64,000 nucleotides of DNA from positions 427,800,001 to 427,864,000 of the forward strand of contig OZ024740.1 in the NCBI GenBank assembly GCA_964016885.1, written 5' to 3'. The notes beneath the pieces were generated by a model that made no database searches, was not told the DNA's origin, and saw only the letters and a program-made list of their open reading frames with translations. This DNA comes from Eledone cirrhosa. Lineage: Eukaryota. Below are positions 14,801-30,345 of this stretch, piece after piece (within the stretch, counting starts at the first letter, position 1; each line of letters begins with the position of its first letter). Both the position numbers and the translations under genes were made by a program.

Positions 14801-15956
14801 CATAGTTATATAAAACTCTACCCTATCTCAGTGTACCATAGTTATATAAAACTCTACCCTATCTCAGTGTACCATAGTTATATAAAACTCTACCCTATCT
14901 CAGTGTTGTATAGTTATATAAAACTCTACCCTATCTCAGTGTACCATAGTTATATAAAACTCTACCCTATCTCAGTGTACCATAGTTATATAAAACTCTA
15001 CCCTATCTCAGTGTTGTATAGTTATATAAAACACTACCCTATCTCACTGTACCATAGTTATATAAAGCTCTACCCTATCTCAGTGCACCATAGTTATATA
15101 AAACTCTACCCTATCTCAGTGTACCATAGTTATATAAAACTCTACTCTATCTCAGTGTACCATAGTTATATAAAACTCTACCCTATCTCAGTGTACCATA
15201 GTTATATAAAACTCTACTCTATCTCAGTGTACCATAGTTATATAAAATTCTACCCTATCTCAGTGTACCATAGTTATATAAAACTCTACCCTATCTCAGT
15301 GTTGTATAGTTATATAAAACACTACCCTATCTCAGTGTACCATAGTTATATAAAACTCTACCCTATCTCAGTGCACCATAGTTATATAAAACTCTACCCT
15401 ATCTCAGTGTACCATAGTTATATGAAACTCTACCCTATCTCAGTGTTGTATAGTTATATAAAACTCTACCCTATCTCAGTGTTGTATAGTTATATAAAAC
15501 TGTACGCTATCACAGTATACCACAGTTATATAAAACTCTACCCTATCTCAGTGTACCATAGTTATATAAAACTCTACCCTATCTCAGTGTTGTATAGTTA
15601 TATAAAACTCTACCCTATCTCAGTGTACCATAGTTATATAAAACTCTACCCTAACTCACTGTTGTATAGTTATATAAAACTCTACCCTATCTCAGTGTAC
15701 CATAGTTATATAAAACTCTACTCTATCTCAGTGTACCATAGTTATATAAAACTCTACCCTATCTCAGTGTACCATAGTTATATAAAACTCTACTCTATCT
15801 CAGTGTACCATAGTTATATAAAACTCTACCCTATCTCAGTGTACCATAGTTATATAAAACTCTACCCTATCTCAGTGTTGTATAGTTATATAAAACACTA
15901 CCCTATCTCAGTGTACCATAGTTATATAAAACTCTACCCTATCTCAGTGCACCATA

Positions 15957-18900
15957 GTTATATAAAACTCTACCCTATCTCAGTGTACCATAGTTATATG
16001 AAACTCTACCCTATCTCAGTGTTGTATAGTTATATAAAACTCTACCCTATCTCAGTGTTGTATAGTTATATAAAACTGTACGCTATCACAGTATACCACA
16101 GTTATATAAAACTCTACCCTATCTCAGTGTACCATAGTTATATAAAACTCTACCCTATCTCAGTGTTGTATAGTTATATAAAACTCTACCCTATCTCAGT
16201 GTACCATAGTTATATAAAACTCTACCCTAACTCACTGTTGTATAGTTATATAAAACTCTACCCTATCTCAGTGTACCATAGTTATATAAAACTCTACTCT
16301 ATCTCAGTGTACCATAGTTATATAAAACTCTACCCTATCTCAGTGTACCATAGTTATATAAAACTCTACCCTATCTCAGTGCACCATAGTTATATAAAAC
16401 TCTACCCTATCTCAGTGTACCATAGTTATATGAAACTCTACCCTATCTCAGTGTTGTATAGTTATATAAAACTCTACCCTATCTCAGTGTTGTATAGTTA
16501 TATAAAACTGTACGCTATCACAGTATACCACAGTTATATAAAACTCTACCCTATCTCAGTGTACCATAGTTATATAAAACTCTACCCTATCTCAGTGTTG
16601 TATAGTTATATAAAACTCTACCCTATCTCAGTGTACCATAGTTATATAAAACTCTACCCTAACTCACTGTTGTATAGTTATATAAAACTCTACCCTATCT
16701 CAGTGTACCATAGTTATATAAAACTCTACTCTATCTCAGTGTACCATAGTTATATAAAACTCTACCCTATCTCAGTGTACCATAGTTATATAAAACTCTA
16801 CTCTATCTCAGTGTACCATAGTTATATAAAACTCTACCCTATCTCAGTGTACCATAGTTATATAAAACTCTACCCTATCTCAGTGTTGTATAGTTATATA
16901 AAACACTACCCTATCTCAGTGTACCATAGTTATATAAAACTCTACCCTATCTCAGTGCACCATAGTTATATAAAACTCTACCCTATCTCAGTGTACCATA
17001 GTTATATGAAACTCTACCCTATCTCAGTGTTGTATAGTTATATAAAACTCTACCCTATCTCAGTGTTGTATAGTTATATAAAACTGTACGCTATCACAGT
17101 ATACCACAGTTATATAAAACTCTACCCTATCTCAGTGTACCATAGTTATATAAAACTCTACCCTATCTCACTCTACCATCGTTATATAAAACTCTACCCT
17201 ATCTCAGTGTACCATAGTTATATAAAACTCTACTCTATCTCACTGTACCATAGTTATATAAAACTCTACCCTATCTCACTGTACCATAGTTATATAAAAC
17301 TCTACCCTATCTCACTGTACCATAGTTATATAAAACTCTACCCTATCTCAGTGTACCATAGTTATATAAAACTCTACCCTATCTCACTCTACCATAGTTA
17401 TATAAAAATTTACCCTATCTCAGTGTACCATAGTTATATAAAACTCTACCCTATCTCACTCTACCATAGTTATATAAAACTCTACCCTATCTCAGTGTAC
17501 CATAGCTATATAAAACTCTACCCTATCTCAGTGTACCATAGTTATATAAAACTCTACCCTATCTCACTGTACCATAGTTATATAAAACTCTACCCTATCT
17601 CAGTGTACCATAGTTATATAAAACTCTACCCTATCTCAGTGTACCATAGTTATATAAAACTCTACCCTATCTCAGTGTTGTATAGTTATATAAAACTCTA
17701 CCCTATCTCAGTGTACCATAGTTATATAAAACTCTACCCTATCTCAGTGTACCATAGTTATATAAAACTCTACCCTATCTCAGTGTTGTATAGTTATATA
17801 AAACACTACCCTATCTCACTGTACCATAGTTATATAAAGCTCTACCCTATCTCAGTGCACCATAGTTATATAAAACTCTACCCTATCTCAGTGTACCATA
17901 GTTATATAAAACTCTACTCTATCTCAGTGTACCATAGTTATATAAAACTCTACCCTATCTCAGTGTACCATAGTTATATAAAACTCTACTCTATCTCAGT
18001 GTACCATAGTTATATAAAATTCTACCCTATCTCAGTGTACCATAGTTATATAAAACTCTACCCTATCTCAGTGTTGTATAGTTATATAAAACACTACCCT
18101 ATCTCAGTGTACCATAGTTATATAAAACTCTACCCTATCTCAGTGCACCATAGTTATATAAAACTCTACCCTATCTCAGTGTACCATAGTTATATGAAAC
18201 TCTACCCTATCTCAGTGTTGTATAGTTATATAAAACTCTACCCTATCTCAGTGTTGTATAGTTATATAAAACTGTACGCTATCACAGTATACCACAGTTA
18301 TATAAAACTCTACCCTATCTCAGTGTACCATAGTTATATAAAACTCTACCCTATCTCAGTGTTGTATAGTTATATAAAACTCTACCCTATCTCAGTGTAC
18401 CATAGTTATATAAAACTCTACCCTAACTCACTGTTGTATAGTTATATAAAACTCTACCCTATCTCAGTGTACCATAGTTATATAAAACTCTACTCTATCT
18501 CAGTGTACCATAGTTATATAAAACTCTACCCTATCTCAGTGTACCATAGTTATATAAAACTCTACTCTATCTCAGTGTACCATAGTTATATAAAACTCTA
18601 CCCTATCTCAGTGTACCATAGTTATATAAAACTCTACCCTATCTCAGTGTTGTATAGTTATATAAAACACTACCCTATCTCAGTGTACCATAGTTATATA
18701 AAACTCTACCCTATCTCAGTGCACCATAGTTATATAAAACTCTACCCTATCTCAGTGTACCATAGTTATATGAAACTCTACCCTATCTCAGTGTTGTATA
18801 GTTATATAAAACTCTACCCTATCTCAGTGTTGTATAGTTATATAAAACTGTACGCTATCACAGTATACCACAGTTATATAAAACTCTACCCTATCTCAGT

Positions 18901-21900
18901 GTACCATAGTTATATAAAACTCTACCCTATCTCACTCTACCATCGTTATATAAAACTCTACCCTATCTCAGTGTACCATAGTTATATAAAACTCTACTCT
19001 ATCTCACTGTACCATAGTTATATAAAACTCTACCCTATCTCACTGTACCATAGTTATATAAAACTCTACCCTATCTCACTGTACCATAGTTATATAAAAC
19101 TCTACCCTATCTCAGTGTACCATAGTTATATAAAACTCTACCCTATCTCACTCTACCATAGTTATATAAAAATTTACCCTATCTCAGTGTACCATAGTTA
19201 TATAAAACTCTACCCTATCTCACTCTACCATAGTTATATAAAACTCTACCCTATCTCAGTGTACCATAGCTATATAAAACTCTACCCTATCTCAGTGTAC
19301 CATAGTTATATAAAACTCTACCCTATCTCACTGTACCATAGTTATATAAAACTCTACCCTATCTCAGTGTACCATAGTTATATAAAACTCTACCCTATCT
19401 CAGTGTACCATAGTTATATAAAACTCTACCCTATCTCAGTGTTGTATAGTTATATAAAACTCTACCCTATCTCAGTGTACCATAGTTATATAAAACTCTA
19501 CCCTATCTCACTGTTGTATAGTTATATAAAACTCTACCCTATCTCAGTGTACCATAGTTATATAAAACTCTACCCTATCTCAGTGTTGTATAGTTATATA
19601 AAACTCTACCCTATCTCAGTGTACCATAGTTATATAAAACTCTACCCTATCTCAGTGTACCATAGTTATATAAAACTCTACCCTATCTCAGTGTACCATA
19701 GTTATATAAAACTCTACCCTATCTCAGAGTACCATAGTTATATAAAACTCTACCCTATCTCAGTGTTGTATAGTTATATAAAACACTACCCTATCTCACT
19801 GTACCATAGTTATATAAAACTCTACCCTATCTCACTGTACCATAGTTATATAAAACTCTACCCTATCTCAGTGTTGTATAGTTATATAAAACTCTACCCT
19901 ATCTCACTGTACCATAGTTATGTAAAACTCTACCCTGTCTCACATTACCATGGTTATATAAAAATTTACCCTATCTCAGTGTACCATAGTTATATAAAAC
20001 TCTACCCTATCTCAGTGTTGTATAGTTATATAAAACTCTATCCTATCTCAGTGTACCATAGTTATATAAAACTCTACCCTATCTCACTGTTGTATAGTTA
20101 TATAAAACTCTACCCTATCTCAGTGTACCATAGTTATATAAAACTCTACCCTATCTCAGTGTTGTATAGTTATATAAAACTCTACCCTATCTCAGTGTAC
20201 CATAGTTATATAAAACTCTACCCTATCTCAGTGTACCATAGTTATATAAAACTCTACCCTATCTCAGTGTACCATAGTTATATAAAACTCTACCCTATCT
20301 CAGAGTACCATAGTTATATAAAACTCTACCCTATCTCAGTGTTGTATAGTTATATAAAACACTACCCTATCTCACTGTACCATAGTTATATAAAACTCTA
20401 CCCTATCTCAGTGTACCATAGTTATATAAAACTCTACCCTATCTCAGTGTTGTATAGTTATATAAAACTCTACCCTATCTCACTGTACCATAGTTATGTA
20501 AAACTCTACCCTATCTCAGTGTACCATAGTTATATAAAACTCTACCCTATCTCACTGTACCATGGTTATATAAAACTCTACCCTATCTCAGTGTACCATA
20601 GTTATATGAAACTCTACCCTATCTCAGTGTTGTATAGTTATATAAAACTCTACCCTATCTCAGTGTTGTATAGTTATATAAAACTGTACGCTATCACAGT
20701 ATACCACAGTTATATAAAACTCTACCCTATCTCAGTGTACCATAGTTATATAAAACTCTACCCTATCTCAGTGTTGTATAGTTATATAAAACTCTACCCT
20801 ATCTCAGTGTACCATAGTTATATAAAACTCTACCCTAACTCACTGTTGTATAGTTATATAAAACTCTACCCTATCTCAGTGTACCATAGTTATATAAAAC
20901 TCTACTCTATCTCAGTGTACCATAGTTATATAAAACTCTACCCTATCTCAGTGTACCATAGTTATATAAAACTCTACCCTATCTCAGTGCACCATAGTTA
21001 TATAAAACTCTACCCTATCTCAGTGTACCATAGTTATATGAAACTCTACCCTATCTCAGTGTTGTATAGTTATATAAAACTCTACCCTATCTCAGTGTTG
21101 TATAGTTATATAAAACTGTACGCTATCACAGTATACCACAGTTATATAAAACTCTACCCTATCTCAGTGTACCATAGTTATATAAAACTCTACCCTATCT
21201 CAGTGTTGTATAGTTATATAAAACTCTACCCTATCTCAGTGTACCATAGTTATATAAAACTCTACCCTAACTCACTGTTGTATAGTTATATAAAACTCTA
21301 CCCTATCTCAGTGTACCATAGTTATATAAAACTCTACTCTATCTCAGTGTACCATAGTTATATAAAACTCTACCCTATCTCAGTGTACCATAGTTATATA
21401 AAACTCTACTCTATCTCAGTGTACCATAGTTATATAAAACTCTACCCTATCTCAGTGTACCATAGTTATATAAAACTCTACCCTATCTCAGTGTTGTATA
21501 GTTATATAAAACACTACCCTATCTCAGTGTACCATAGTTATATAAAACTCTACCCTATCTCAGTGCACCATAGTTATATAAAACTCTACCCTATCTCAGT
21601 GTACCATAGTTATATGAAACTCTACCCTATCTCAGTGTTGTATAGTTATATAAAACTCTACCCTATCTCAGTGTTGTATAGTTATATAAAACTGTACGCT
21701 ATCACAGTATACCACAGTTATATAAAACTCTACCCTATCTCAGTGTACCATAGTTATATAAAACTCTACCCTATCTCACTCTACCATCGTTATATAAAAC
21801 TCTACCCTATCTCAGTGTACCATAGTTATATAAAACTCTACTCTATCTCACTGTACCATAGTTATATAAAACTCTACCCTATCTCACTGTACCATAGTTA

Positions 21901-24900
21901 TATAAAACTCTACCCTATCTCACTGTACCATAGTTATATAAAACTCTACCCTATCTCAGTGTACCATAGTTATATAAAACTCTACCCTATCTCACTCTAC
22001 CATAGTTATATAAAAATTTACCCTATCTCAGTGTACCATAGTTATATAAAACTCTACCCTATCTCACTCTACCATAGTTATATAAAACTCTACCCTATCT
22101 CAGTGTACCATAGCTATATAAAACTCTACCCTATCTCAGTGTACCATAGTTATATAAAACTCTACCCTATCTCACTGTACCATAGTTATATAAAACTCTA
22201 CCCTATCTCAGTGTACCATAGTTATATAAAACTCTACCCTATCTCAGTGTACCATAGTTATATAAAACTCTACCCTATCTCAGTGTTGTATAGTTATATA
22301 AAACTCTACCCTATCTCAGTGTACCATAGTTATATAAAACTCTACCCTATCTCAGTGTACCATAGTTATATAAAACTCTACCCTATCTCAGTGTTGTATA
22401 GTTATATAAAACACTACCCTATCTCACTGTACCATAGTTATATAAAGCTCTACCCTATCTCAGTGCACCATAGTTATATAAAACTCTACCCTATCTCAGT
22501 GTACCATAGTTATATAAAACTCTACTCTATCTCAGTGTACCATAGTTATATAAAACTCTACCCTATCTCAGTGTACCATAGTTATATAAAACTCTACTCT
22601 ATCTCAGTGTACCATAGTTATATAAAATTCTACCCTATCTCAGTGTACCATAGTTATATAAAACTCTACCCTATCTCAGTGTTGTATAGTTATATAAAAC
22701 ACTACCCTATCTCAGTGTACCATAGTTATATAAAACTCTACCCTATCTCAGTGCACCATAGTTATATAAAACTCTACCCTATCTCAGTGTACCATAGTTA
22801 TATGAAACTCTACCCTATCTCAGTGTTGTATAGTTATATAAAACTCTACCCTATCTCAGTGTTGTATAGTTATATAAAACTGTACGCTATCACAGTATAC
22901 CACAGTTATATAAAACTCTACCCTATCTCAGTGTACCATAGTTATATAAAACTCTACCCTATCTCAGTGTTGTATAGTTATATAAAACTCTACCCTATCT
23001 CAGTGTACCATAGTTATATAAAACTCTACCCTAACTCACTGTTGTATAGTTATATAAAACTCTACCCTATCTCAGTGTACCATAGTTATATAAAACTCTA
23101 CTCTATCTCAGTGTACCATAGTTATATAAAACTCTACCCTATCTCAGTGTACCATAGTTATATAAAACTCTACTCTATCTCAGTGTACCATAGTTATATA
23201 AAACTCTACCCTATCTCAGTGTACCATAGTTATATAAAACTCTACCCTATCTCAGTGTTGTATAGTTATATAAAACACTACCCTATCTCAGTGTACCATA
23301 GTTATATAAAACTCTACCCTATCTCAGTGCACCATAGTTATATAAAACTCTACCCTATCTCAGTGTACCATAGTTATATGAAACTCTACCCTATCTCAGT
23401 GTTGTATAGTTATATAAAACTCTACCCTATCTCAGTGTTGTATAGTTATATAAAACTGTACGCTATCACAGTATACCACAGTTATATAAAACTCTACCCT
23501 ATCTCAGTGTACCATAGTTATATAAAACTCTACCCTATCTCACTCTACCATCGTTATATAAAACTCTACCCTATCTCAGTGTACCATAGTTATATAAAAC
23601 TCTACTCTATCTCACTGTACCATAGTTATATAAAACTCTACCCTATCTCACTGTACCATAGTTATATAAAACTCTACCCTATCTCACTGTACCATAGTTA
23701 TATAAAACTCTACCCTATCTCAGTGTACCATAGTTATATAAAACTCTACCCTATCTCACTCTACCATAGTTATATAAAAATTTACCCTATCTCAGTGTAC
23801 CATAGTTATATAAAACTCTACCCTATCTCACTCTACCATAGTTATATAAAACTCTACCCTATCTCAGTGTACCATAGCTATATAAAACTCTACCCTATCT
23901 CAGTGTACCATAGTTATATAAAACTCTACCCTATCTCACTGTACCATAGTTATATAAAACTCTACCCTATCTCAGTGTACCATAGTTATATAAAACTCTA
24001 CCCTATCTCAGTGTACCATAGTTATATAAAACTCTACCCTATCTCAGTGTTGTATAGTTATATAAAACTCTACCCTATCTCAGTGTACCATAGTTATATA
24101 AAACTCTACCCTATCTCACTGTTGTATAGTTATATAAAACTCTACCCTATCTCAGTGTACCATAGTTATATAAAACTCTACCCTATCTCAGTGTTGTATA
24201 GTTATATAAAACTCTACCCTATCTCAGTGTACCATAGTTATATAAAACTCTACCCTATCTCAGTGTACCATAGTTATATAAAACTCTACCCTATCTCAGT
24301 GTACCATAGTTATATAAAACTCTACCCTATCTCAGAGTACCATAGTTATATAAAACTCTACCCTATCTCAGTGTTGTATAGTTATATAAAACACTACCCT
24401 ATCTCACTGTACCATAGTTATATAAAACTCTACCCTATCTCACTGTACCATAGTTATATAAAACTCTACCCTATCTCAGTGTTGTATAGTTATATAAAAC
24501 TCTACCCTATCTCACTGTACCATAGTTATGTAAAACTCTACCCTGTCTCACATTACCATGGTTATATAAAAATTTACCCTATCTCAGTGTACCATAGTTA
24601 TATAAAACTCTACCCTATCTCAGTGTTGTATAGTTATATAAAACTCTATCCTATCTCAGTGTACCATAGTTATATAAAACTCTACCCTATCTCACTGTTG
24701 TATAGTTATATAAAACTCTACCCTATCTCAGTGTACCATAGTTATATAAAACTCTACCCTATCTCAGTGTTGTATAGTTATATAAAACTCTACCCTATCT
24801 CAGTGTACCATAGTTATATAAAACTCTACCCTATCTCAGTGTACCATAGTTATATAAAACTCTACCCTATCTCAGTGTACCATAGTTATATAAAACTCTA

Positions 24901-25172
24901 CCCTATCTCAGAGTACCATAGTTATATAAAACTCTACCCTATCTCAGTGTTGTATAGTTATATAAAACACTACCCTATCTCACTGTACCATAGTTATATA
25001 AAACTCTACCCTATCTCAGTGTACCATAGTTATATAAAACTCTACCCTATCTCAGTGTTGTATAGTTATATAAAACTCTACCCTATCTCACTGTACCATA
25101 GTTATGTAAAACTCTACCCTATCTCAGTGTACCATAGTTATATAAAACTCTACCCTATCTCACTGTACCATG
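15957..25172. repeat. Direct tandem duplication of 4608 bp (128 monomers), junction at ~20565-20575
   Basis: AAAGCTC at ~17837/22445, CCCTGTCTCACATT at 19933/24541 and GCACC monomer at 16381/20989 are all offset by 4608. The monomer at 20557 is chimeric. Confidence 0.9.
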
Positions 25173-28100
25173 GTTATATAAAAATTTACCCTATCTCAGT
25201 GTACCATAGTTATATAAAACTCTACCCTATCTCACTCTACCATAGTTATATAAAACTCTACCCTATCTCAGTGTACCATAGTTATATAAAACTCTACCCT
25301 ATCTCAGTGTTGTATAGTTATATAAAACTCTACCCTATCTCAGTGTACCATAGTTATATAAAACTCTACCCTATCTCACTGTTGTATAGTTATATAAAAC
25401 TCTACCCTATCTCAGTGTACCATAGTTATATAAAACTCTACCCTATCTCAGTGTTGTATAGTTATATAAAACTCTACCCTATCTCAGTGTACCATAGTTA
25501 TATAAAACTCTACCCTATCTCAGTGTACCATAGTTATATAAAACTCTACCCTATCTCACTGTACCATGGTTATATAAAAATTTACCCTATCTCAGTGTAC
25601 CATAGTTATATAAAACTCTACCCTATCTCACTCTACCATAGTTATATAAAACTCTACCCTATCTCAGTGTACCATAGTTATATAAAACTCTACCCTATCT
25701 CACTCTACCATAGATATATAAAACTCTACCCTATCTCAATGCACCATAGTTATAGAAAACTCTACCCTATCTCAGTGTACCATAGTTATATAAAACTCTA
25801 CCCTATCTCAGTGTACCATAGTTATATAAAACTCTACCCTATCTCAGTGTTGTATAGTTATATAAAACTCTACCCTATCTCAGTGTACCATAGTTATATA
25901 AAACTCTACCCTAACTCACTGTTGTATAGTCATATAAAACTCTACCCTATCTCAGTGTACCATAGTTATATAAAACTCTACCCTATCTCAGTGTTGTATA
26001 GTTATATAAAACTCTACCCTATCTCAGTGTACCATAGTTATATAAAACTCTACCCTATCTCAGTGTACCATAGTTATATAAAACTCTACCCTATCTCAGT
26101 GTACCATAGTTATATAAAACTCTACCCTATCTCAGAGTACCATAGTTATATAAAACTCTACCCTATCTCAGTGTTGTATAGTTATATAAAACACTACCCT
26201 ATCTCACTGTACCATAGTTATATAAAACTCTACCCTATCTCAGTGTACCATAGTTATATAAAACTCTACCCTATCTCAGTGTTGTATAGTTATATAAAAC
26301 TCTACCCTATCTCAGTGTACCATAGTTATATAAAACTCTACCCTATCTCAGTGTACCATAGTTATATAAAACTCTACCCTATCTCAGTGTACCATAGTTA
26401 TATAAAACTCTACCCTATCTCAGTGTTGTATAGTTATATAAAACACTACCCTATCTCACTGTACCATAGTTATATAAAGCTCTACCCTATCTCAGTGCAC
26501 CATAGTTATATAAAACTCTACCCTATCTCAGTGTACCATAGTTATATAAAACTCTACCCTATCTCAGTGTTGTATAGTTATATATAACACTACCCTATCT
26601 CACTGTACCATAGTTATATAAAACTCTACCCTATCTCAGTGCACCATAGTTATATAAAACTCTACCCTATCTCAGTGTACCATAGTTATATGAAACTCTA
26701 CCCTATCTCAGTGTTGTATAGTTATATAAAACTGTACGCTATCACAGTATACCACAGTTATATAAAACTCTACCCTATCTCAGTGTACCATAGTTATATA
26801 AAACTCTACCCTATCTCACTCTACCATCGTTATATAAAACTCTACCCTATCTCAGTGTACCATAGTTATATAAAACTCTACACTATCTCACTGTACCATA
26901 GTTATATAAAACTCTACCCTATCTCACTGTACCATAGTTATATAAAACTCTACCCTATCTCACTGTACCATAGTTATATAAAACTCTACCCTATCTCAGT
27001 GTACCATAGTTATATAAAACTCTACCCTATCTCACTCTACCATAGTTATATAAAAATTTACCCTATCTCAGTGTACCATAGTTATATAAAACTCTACCCT
27101 ATCTCACTCTACCATAGTTATATAAAACTCTACCCTATCTCAGTGTACCATAGCTATATAAAACTCTACCCTATCTCAGTGTACCATAGTTATATAAAAC
27201 TCTACCCTATCTCAGTGTACCATAGTTATATAAAACTCTACCCTATCTCAGTGTACCATAGTTATATAAAACTCTACCCTATCTCAGTGTACCATAGTTA
27301 TATAAAACTCTACCCTATCTCACTGTTGTATAGTTATATAAAACTCTACCCTATCTCAGTGTACCATAGTTATATAAAACTCTACCCTATCTCAGTGTTG
27401 TATAGTTATATAAAACTCTACCCTATCTCAGTGTACCATAGTTATATAAAACTCTACCCTATCTCAGTGTACCATAGTTATATAAAACTCTACCCTATCT
27501 CAGTGTACCATAGTTATATAAAACTCTACCCTATCTCAGAGTACCATAGTTATATAAAACTCTACCCTATCTCAGTGTTGTATAGTTATATAAAACACTA
27601 CCCTATCTCACTGTACCATAGTTATATAAAACTCTACCCTATCTCAGTGTACCATAGTCATATAAAACTCTACCCTATCTCAGTGTTGTATAGTTATATA
27701 AAACTCTACCCTATCTCACTGTACCATAGTTATGTAAAACTCTACCCTGTCTCACATTACCATGGTTATATAAAAATTTACCCTATCTCAGTGTACCATA
27801 GTTATATAAAACTCTACCCTATCTCAGTGTTGTATAGTTATATAAAACTCTACCCTATCTCAGTGTACCATAGTTATATAAAACTCTACCCTATCTCACT
27901 GTTGTATAGTTATATAAAACTCTACCCTATCTCAGTGTACCATAGTTATATAAAACTCTACCCTATCTCAGTGTTGTATAGTTATATAAAACTCTACGCT
28001 ATCTCAGTGTACCATAGTTATATAAAACTCTACCCTATCTCAGTGTACCATAGTTATATAAAACTCTACCCTATCTCAGAGTACCATAGTTATATAAAAC

Positions 28101-30345
28101 TCTACCCTATCTCAGTGTTGTATAGTTATATAAAACACTACCCTATCACACTGTACCATAGTTATATTAAACTCTACCCTATCTCAGTGTACCATAGTTA
28201 TATAAAACTCTACCCTATCTCAGTGTTGTATAGTTATATAAAACTCTACCCTATCTCACTGTACCATAGTTATGTAAAACTCTACCCTATCTCAGTGTAC
28301 CATAGTTATATAAAACTCTACCCTATCTCACTGTACCATGGTTATATAAAAATTTACCCTATCTCAGTGTACCATAGTTATATAAAACTCTACCCTATCT
28401 CACTCTACCATAGTTATATAAAACTCTACCCTATCTCAGTGTACCATAGTTATATAAAACTCTACCCTATCTCAGTGTTGTATAGTTATATAAAACTCTA
28501 CCCTATCTCAGTGTACCATAGTTATATAAAACTCTACCCTATCTCACTGTTGTATAGTTATATAAAACTCTACCCTATCTCAGTGTACCATAGTTATATA
28601 AAACTCTACCCTATCTCAGTGTTGTATAGTTATATAAAACTCTACCCTATCTCAGTGTACCATAGTTATATAAAACTCTACCCTATCTCAGTGTACCATA
28701 GTTATATAAAACTCTACCCTATCTCACTGTACCATGGTTATATAAAAATTTACCCTATCTCAGTGTACCATAGTTATATAAAACTCTACCCTATCTCACT
28801 CTACCATAGTTATATAAAACTCTACCCTATCTCAGTGTACCATAGTTATATAAAACTCTACCCTATCTCACTCTACCATAGATATATAAAACTCTACCCT
28901 ATCTCAGTGCACCATAGTTATAGAAAACTCTACCCTATCTCAGTGTACCATAGTTATATAAAACTCTACCCTATCTCAGTGTACCATAGTTATATAAAAC
29001 TCTACCCTATCTCAGTGTTGTATAGTTATATAAAACTCTACCCTATCTCAGTGTACCATAGTTATATAAAACTCTACCCTAACTCACTGTTGTATAGTCA
29101 TATAAAACTCTACCCTATCTCAGTGTACCATAGTTATATAAAACTCTACCCTATCTCAGTGTTGTATAGTTATATAAAACTCTACCCTATCTCAGTGTAC
29201 CATAGTTATATAAAACTCTACCCTATCTCAGTGTACCATAGTTATATAAAACTCTACCCTATCTCAGTGTACCATAGTTATATAAAACTCTACCCTATCT
29301 CAGAGTACCATAGTTATATAAAACTCTACCCTATCTCAGTGTTGTATAGTTATATAAAACACTACCCTATCTCACTGTACCATAGTTATATAAAACTCTA
29401 CCCTATCTCAGTGTACCATAGTTATATAAAACTCTACGCTATCTCAGTGTTGTATAGTTATATAAAACTCTACCCTATCTCAGTGTACCATAGTTATATA
29501 AAACTCTACCCTATCTCAGTGTACCATAGTTATATAAAACTCTACCCTATCTCAGTGTACCATAGTTATATAAAACTCTACCCTATCTCAGTGTTGTATA
29601 GTTATATAAAACACTACCCTATCTCACTGTACCATAGTTATATAAAGCTCTACCCTATCTCAGTGCACCATAGTTATATAAAACTCTACCCTATCTCAGT
29701 GTACCATAGTTATATAAAACTCTACCCTATCTCAGTGTTGTATAGTTATATATAACACTACCCTATCTCACTGTACCATAGTTATATAAAACTCTACCCT
29801 ATCTCAGTGCACCATAGTTATATAAAACTCTACCCTATCTCAGTGTACCATAGTTATATGAAACTCTACCCTATCTCAGTGTTGTATAGTTATATAAAAC
29901 TGTACGCTATCACAGTATACCACAGTTATATAAAACTCTACCCTATCTCAGTGTACCATAGTTATATAAAACTCTACCCTATCTCACTCTACCATCGTTA
30001 TATAAAACTCTACCCTATCTCAGTGTACCATAGTTATATAAAACTCTACACTATCTCACTGTACCATAGTTATATAAAACTCTACCCTATCTCACTGTAC
30101 CATAGTTATATAAAACTCTACCCTATCTCACTGTACCATAGTTATATAAAACTCTACCCTATCTCAGTGTACCATAGTTATATAAAACTCTACCCTATCT
30201 CACTCTACCATAGTTATATAAAAATTTACCCTATCTCAGTGTACCATAGTTATATAAAACTCTACCCTATCTCACTCTACCATAGTTATATAAAACTCTA
30301 CCCTATCTCAGTGTACCATAGCTATATAAAACTCTACCCTATCTC
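24000..30345. repeat. Tandem higher-order duplication of ~3168 bp (88 monomers; 89 in its left part)
   Basis: Private AAA>TAA variant (TATATAACAC) ends at 26587 and 29755; TACACT at ~26880/30048; AAAGCTC at ~26477/29645; CCCTGTCT at 24541/27745. Confidence 0.85.
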
